A stretch of DNA of 64,000 nucleotides from an uncultured bacterium. Lineage in GTDB: Bacteria > Patescibacteriota > Minisyncoccia > Minisyncoccales > RBG-13-42-11. The stretch lies in assembly GCA_963790795.1 (NCBI GenBank), contig CAWBPO010000001.1:38675-102674 (forward strand), written 5' to 3'. Positions 59,179 to 64,000 of this stretch are shown here, piece after piece; the first letter of the stretch is position 1, and each line of letters opens with the position of its first letter. Both the position numbers and the translations under genes were made by a program. A model generated the notes under the pieces. The model had not been told where the DNA came from. It ran no database searches and was given only the letters and a program-made list of their open reading frames with translations.

Positions 59179-59616
59179 TTATTCGCCGTACCAGTTATAT
59201 AAATAATTTATCACTTCTACGCTATAGTCTTTTCCCCGTTCATTCCATCCAACTTCAACTTTAACCTCTATTGTGGACGTAGACATTGCTGTAATAGAAG
59301 TTGTTCTTTCAAATCTACTCTGCGTTGAGTCCAAGAAATTTACATACTCGTTATTCGAAGATATGCCTGTATCCCAAGCGCTGCCGTTGATCCAGTTTGT
59401 ATCTCTGATATTTCTGACATTTTCAACGCCTTCCTGAGTAAGATAAGAAGCTATTAATTTTGACTGAGTTAATGAAACAGCAATAAGGGTTTGCTGGATT
59501 AAGATATAGCTTGCGCCAACAGCTATGGTCAAAACAAAAATAGCCATCATTACCTCTAAAATGGTGAAACTTTTTTCTCCAGAAGATCTAAATTTTTTAC
59601 TGTTAAAACAAAACAT
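59179..59616 (-). CDS. PilV-like minor pilin
   Basis: S|FTILEVM; ASYLTQEGVE.VRNIRD.NW; V.VEVGW. Confidence 0.82.
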   Translation of the reverse strand: MFCFNSKKFRSSGEKSFTILEVMMAIFVLTIAVGASYILIQQTLIAVSLTQSKLIASYLTQEGVENVRNIRDTNWINGSAWDTGISSNNEYVNFLDSTQSRFERTTSITAMSTSTIEVKVEVGWNERGKDYSVEVINYLYNWYGE

Positions 59617-60188
59617 TATTCAATTTCAATTAAACAGGCTTTATTGACAAAAACTGTTTTCCCGGAACCGCCTTCAAAATTCAATGTAATTGAAACTGAC
59701 GCGCCATCAGGGTCAAAAACAACTGTCGGCTCCGGAGGAGTAAAAGTAATACAAAGAGTGTTTCCTATAGAAGAAGGAGTTAAATTATCTATTTTAATCC
59801 TTGTTTCAAGAGAAAAATCTTCAATTCTTTCGGAAGAAGAAGCAGTACAAGAACCGCCTCGGCAGTCATCACAAACCAAATCGTCACCATCAAACTTATT
59901 ATCATTATCGCAGTCAACAAACAAAGTATAAACGCCTGTTTCTTCGCCTCCAGGAGTTTCGCTGAAATAAATTCCGTATCCTCCCTGATAAGCGCCCATA
60001 AATTCCTGGCTTGACAATGCCATTCCCTGGGCTTTTCTCAAGCTTTGCGCCAATTGATGAGCTGACCTTTTTAAAGCGAATTGCTTCTCTCCTTCACGAT
60101 AGTTGGCAATAAAAATAATTGAAAGCAAACTGATAACCACTAAAACCACTGTCACTTCCAATAATGTGAAACCTTTACTGTTCCTCAT
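59616..60188 (-). CDS. FimT/GspH-like minor pilin
   Basis: KG|FTLLEV; L...LRKAQ.MA; GYGIYF. Confidence 0.85.
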   Translation of the reverse strand: MRNSKGFTLLEVTVVLVVISLLSIIFIANYREGEKQFALKRSAHQLAQSLRKAQGMALSSQEFMGAYQGGYGIYFSETPGGEETGVYTLFVDCDNDNKFDGDDLVCDDCRGGSCTASSSERIEDFSLETRIKIDNLTPSSIGNTLCITFTPPEPTVVFDPDGASVSITLNFEGGSGKTVFVNKACLIEIE

Positions 60189-60192
60189 AATT

Positions 60193-62109
60193 TTAAAAAG
60201 GCGCTGTTTCTTTCCACTCAGGCAAAGGAGGAAAAACGCTTATTTCTTCGGTTGACGTGCAAGTTCCCAAATCATCGGTTATTTTCAAACTTATTGTCTT
60301 ACCGCCCATTGTGCTGTAACTGGTTGTCGCATTGCCCCGGCACGGCGAATCCGGCACTACGCCGCTGTCGCAATCAATAACTGCATCCTCATGAGCGTTG
60401 AAATTCCATTGGTAACGAATGTTAGAATTCGTTTTACAATCATACTCTACCAAAGAATCGTTATAACATTTGGAATTATCCAAAAAAGTTACTTCAGCGT
60501 TTAAATTCGGGTTTGAAGGAGAAGGAGTAAAATCAGGATATGGATAAGGACGCAAGATAGTGGTAAATCCTTGGTCTGGCACATATTCAGCAGTGGTAAA
60601 AGAAGCAGTGCTATCTGCCCAGTCAGAACCAGCTGAGTTAGAAGCATAACAACGATAATAATAGGGAGTGGAAGGATTCAATCCTGAAATATCTTTGTAA
60701 AAAGTTACTAATCCCTTTTCGCCCAGATTTTCATTGTGATCCCAGTTTGCGGAAACAGTCCCAGCATCATTATCACCCCAATATATATGAACTGTGGGAT
60801 CTTCTCCTCCGGTATAAGTGACTTCGCCGTTCAATCTGGCTGAATTATGCGTGATATTTGAAGCGCCTGTTGAGTTAGTAACAACAGGATTAGTCACACC
60901 AGAAGTAACATTTACACTAATTGTATCGTATTCGCTCCATTGTTCTGCCGTATCTTGAGATATTCCCCAAAAAGTCCAATCACTAGTACCATCTGGTATT
61001 TCATCCGCCCAATCTAAAGTAATATTCCAAGTATGAGAGCAGAAAGTTGTCCCACTACAAACATAAACTTCTTCCCAACGATCATTTGGTTGTTCTCCAT
61101 TTGTATAAAGCCAAAGCTGATTAACTCCATAGTCATCTGTAGCTGAAACTGTTACTGAAATAACTTCGTTTAAATTTTTTTCACAAACTGGCTTACATTC
61201 TGAAGGCCCAACAGTGGTAATAGGAGGATTATCTGTGATACAAGCGGGACAGGAACCGCCGCAATCAGTGCCAGTTTCATCGCAATCCTGAGAACCATTT
61301 GCGCAGTGGTTAGTCCAACTCCCACTTTGGCATTTGTATTGTCCGGAGCAACTCCCGGAGCTGGAACAACTTCCGTCATGCGCGCATTGATCGCTATTGC
61401 AACACCAAGAACCACTACCATCATAATCATATTTACAAACATACGGTGAAAGACAACTCGGGCAGTTTTGAGCATTACAAATTCCCTGAAAGCCACTTGT
61501 ATTTTCTGTACCTGATAAATAAATATCATAAATTTCAAGCGTTGCGTTTCCAGCGCAATTACCTCCAAAATACAAATAAAAATTGGTGGAACCTGCGGGT
61601 AAAGTAACTAATGTTGTTTCTATTGTAGTTTTTGAAGAGCAACGAAGTTGCTCATATATTTTGTTATCTCCAACCCATATTGACCACTCTGAATCCCAAG
61701 ACCTGTGTTTTATGTTTAGGGTGGTGGTTGTTTTGCCATCACAATAATAATATCTTACATATGCAAGACAAGGACCAGGCATACCGCCACACGACCACCC
61801 AGGGTTTGTACCCCGTATTGTTGCAAAAGTGCTTGTGTCGCCATATGAACCATCTAAAGAATTACTTGTATTTAAAATCTCTGCATTAGTAGATACAGTC
61901 TCAGTAAAAGAAGTTGGCCTCCAATTATCTGCCTCTGCCGATTCTACTTTTAAAAATAAAAATCCCGCGCTTATTAAAAGAGTTAGAGTAAAAACGAATT
62001 TTAGCTTTTTCATTTTCATATCAACTAAATTATTTTTACCAACTGTAATTGTTTTGAACGAAGGTTTGAAAGTAAAAAGTTTTAAGAAACGAGAAATAAA
62101 CTTTTTCAT
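60193..62109 (-). CDS. Secreted Cys-rich protein with Ig/FnIII-like and C-terminal PKD-like domains
   Basis: Signal peptide, CANGSQDCDETGTDCGGSC repeat, ARLNGEV...YYRCYASNSAG, C-terminal LPEWKETAPF; true start may be an internal Met. Confidence 0.7.
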   Translation of the reverse strand: MKKFISRFLKLFTFKPSFKTITVGKNNLVDMKMKKLKFVFTLTLLISAGFLFLKVESAEADNWRPTSFTETVSTNAEILNTSNSLDGSYGDTSTFATIRGTNPGWSCGGMPGPCLAYVRYYYCDGKTTTTLNIKHRSWDSEWSIWVGDNKIYEQLRCSSKTTIETTLVTLPAGSTNFYLYFGGNCAGNATLEIYDIYLSGTENTSGFQGICNAQNCPSCLSPYVCKYDYDGSGSWCCNSDQCAHDGSCSSSGSCSGQYKCQSGSWTNHCANGSQDCDETGTDCGGSCPACITDNPPITTVGPSECKPVCEKNLNEVISVTVSATDDYGVNQLWLYTNGEQPNDRWEEVYVCSGTTFCSHTWNITLDWADEIPDGTSDWTFWGISQDTAEQWSEYDTISVNVTSGVTNPVVTNSTGASNITHNSARLNGEVTYTGGEDPTVHIYWGDNDAGTVSANWDHNENLGEKGLVTFYKDISGLNPSTPYYYRCYASNSAGSDWADSTASFTTAEYVPDQGFTTILRPYPYPDFTPSPSNPNLNAEVTFLDNSKCYNDSLVEYDCKTNSNIRYQWNFNAHEDAVIDCDSGVVPDSPCRGNATTSYSTMGGKTISLKITDDLGTCTSTEEISVFPPLPEWKETAPF

Positions 62110-62118
62110 TTTAATAAA

Positions 62119-64000
62119 TTACTCACCTGGCCCTTGGACCCAGCCAGAATTATTTCCCTGGTTGTCCCAAACTCTCACCCACCAGTAATATGTATAATTA
62201 TAGCTTAATTCATTCACTCCTGGATTAATAGAAACAGAAACTGTTTGTGTTTGCGTGGTATTGTTTGGTATACCAGTAGTATAATCAGAGTCAACTTTTG
62301 GATTTGGAGCATCAACATTGTTGACATCGTTAATTCTAAATTGAAATCTTGAGCCTGGATTTCCATCAGGATCATAGTAAGTCCAGCTAAAAGATATTGT
62401 CATATGTCCTTGAAAGGAAGTGCAATAGTTTTTATTACTGATTGTTGGGTTAAGAACTTGCGGCGGTTGATCAGGCGTAGTCACTGTTATCTGGATAGTG
62501 CAAGTCCCTCCCGGACAGCTGCCGGTATTTGTGCTCCAAGCGCCTAAATTGTCCTGAACTCTTAATTTGACGCAATAAGTGGCTGCTGAAGCATAAATAT
62601 ATCCTATGAAGTTATCAGTAGTTGTTGTGTCCCAGGTTCCGTCTCCGTTAAAATCCAATTGATAAGCAGAAATTGAACCGCCTGGATCAGAGCCTGCTCC
62701 TGTAAAAATTATATCCAAAGGCACGTCTCCTGAAGTTGGAGAAGCAAAAACGTTAGTACAAGTAGGGGGATTGTTGCTAAAAGTAGCCGTAACATTCTTT
62801 GCCGAACTCATGGTTACATAGCAATAAACTCCGCTAGAGCTGTCGCAACCTGACCAGCTGGAAAAACTATAGCCTGTTGCCGGGGAAGCGGTTAAAGTAA
62901 CATACGTTCCTCCGCTGAAAGATGCTGAACAGGTAGAATAGCCGTTCCCGCAGTTAATTCCGGATGGACTGCTTTGCACGTTCCCTGCTGAATTGCTTGG
63001 CAAAATAGTGACATTTAGGGCGTAGTTATTGATAGTAAAAGTAGCCGTAACATTCTTTGCCGAACTCATGGTTACATAGCAATAAACTCCGCTAGAGCTG
63101 TCGCAACCTGACCAGCTGGAAAAACTATAGCCTGTTGCCGGGGAAGCGGTTAAAGTAACATACGTTCCTCCGCTGAAAGATGCTGAACAGGTAGAATAGC
63201 CGTTCCCGCAGTTAATTCCGGATGGACTGCTTTGCACGTTCCCTGCTGAATTGCTTGGCAAAATAGTGACATTTAGGGCGTAGTTAATCAAAGTAGTAAA
63301 TTGCTGCTGACCGCCATCGCGAAGATAAATAGCCACTCTTTTTTCGTTGGTACTAGCTAAATCTGACCAGCCAGCTGAGTTATATGCCTGGGCTTTGTAA
63401 TAATATATATTTGTATTGCCGGGAGTAATTCCGGTTAGAGTGAAATCACATGAAAATGCGCCGGTAAATGTACCTGAACTGCTGCAGGCGGTATTTGTAT
63501 AAGGACCTCCGGAGGTGTTTGACCACATAAATCTTATTTGAGTAACGGTTGCTCCACCAGTATTCGTTATGGTTCCCTTTAAAGTAGTCTGGTTGTTTTG
63601 AAGCTGGGTAGGAACACTAATGGTAGCAATGTCAGTAGTAACTGTCGAAGGTGAAACACCAGAGGCTACATTCACATTAACGCTTGTCCCATTAGTGGTA
63701 TTACCAGCCGCATCAGAACATCTGGCATACATTGTATGGGTACCGGTGGTAGTGAAGGTGTGGGAACGGGAAGCAGTACAACTGGTGCAGGGCGGGCCAG
63801 ACATTGCACCCTGGCTTACTCCGTCAGCATAAAGATTACAAGAAGACACGCTTACATTGTCTGATACCGAAGCGGAAAAAGTTGTTGCTACATTGACTGT
63901 GGCTGAAGTAGGTGAGGTTTGACCAACAGTGGGGGGGGTGGTATCAGCTGGTGGGTTCTCAATAATGGTTACATCTTCTAAAAGTAAATCTACACCGGAG
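62119..64000 (-). CDS. Secreted multidomain protein (Ig-like, two InlB B-repeat-like domains, PKD, FnIII-like); 5' end outside window
   Basis: Frame remains open to the window edge (SGVDLLLEDVTIIENPPADTTPP...); SSPSGINCG...VTLTASPATGYSFSSWSGC; PKD SGDVPL...YQLDFNGDG. Confidence 0.75.
   Translation of the reverse strand, partial: SGVDLLLEDVTIIENPPADTTPPTVGQTSPTSATVNVATTFSASVSDNVSVSSCNLYADGVSQGAMSGPPCTSCTASRSHTFTTTGTHTMYARCSDAAGNTTNGTSVNVNVASGVSPSTVTTDIATISVPTQLQNNQTTLKGTITNTGGATVTQIRFMWSNTSGGPYTNTACSSSGTFTGAFSCDFTLTGITPGNTNIYYYKAQAYNSAGWSDLASTNEKRVAIYLRDGGQQQFTTLINYALNVTILPSNSAGNVQSSPSGINCGNGYSTCSASFSGGTYVTLTASPATGYSFSSWSGCDSSSGVYCYVTMSSAKNVTATFTINNYALNVTILPSNSAGNVQSSPSGINCGNGYSTCSASFSGGTYVTLTASPATGYSFSSWSGCDSSSGVYCYVTMSSAKNVTATFSNNPPTCTNVFASPTSGDVPLDIIFTGAGSDPGGSISAYQLDFNGDGTWDTTTTDNFIGYIYASAATYCVKLRVQDNLGAWSTNTGSCPGGTCTIQITVTTPDQPPQVLNPTISNKNYCTSFQGHMTISFSWTYYDPDGNPGSRFQFRINDVNNVDAPNPKVDSDYTTGIPNNTTQTQTVSVSINPGVNELSYNYTYYWWVRVWDNQGNNSGWVQGPGE
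62778..63286. repeat. Apparently identical ~251-bp tandem duplication (period 258 bp) encoding two B-repeat domains
   Basis: 62778-63028 matches 63036-63286 by eye. Confidence 0.9.

Overview
This looks like a chromosomal segment of a Patescibacteria/CPR bacterium (Parcubacteria-like; inferred from gene content and style), using the standard genetic code. Left to right: housekeeping genes (trpS end, PMM/PGM, ychF, rpsF-ssb-rpsR, recA, ftsK, rpoC, rpoB); a competence cluster (yraN-comM-dprA-comF) peppered with REP-like hairpins next to a RAYT transposase and an AbiEii-type toxin-antitoxin pair; a ~21 kb minus-strand operon of three fibre/adhesin-like surface proteins, one of them probably a single ~5,500-aa giant broken by frameshifts; a divergent plus-strand F1-like ATPase operon; a two-component system, rodA, ligA, minor type IV pilins and secreted PKD/B-repeat proteins. 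Standout candidate system: the ATPase operon has b, delta, alpha, gamma, beta and a truncated epsilon but no subunit a. Its c-like subunit lacks the ion-binding carboxylate and is fused to a domain homologous to the C-terminal autochaperone-like domain of the neighbouring giant fibre, suggesting a repurposed rotary ATPase for fibre export, assembly or movement. Other highlights: a ~400-aa non-Hint insert with intein-like ends (C...HN/T) nested in a domain of the giant protein; a GIY-YIG gene sitting in the loop of a hairpin whose empty form is also present; a MerR-like HTH-TM-fibre fusion. Breaks in essential genes (rpoB, ligA) indicate indel-type assembly noise, so ORF breaks should be treated cautiously. 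All family assignments come from motif recognition by eye; no searches were run.
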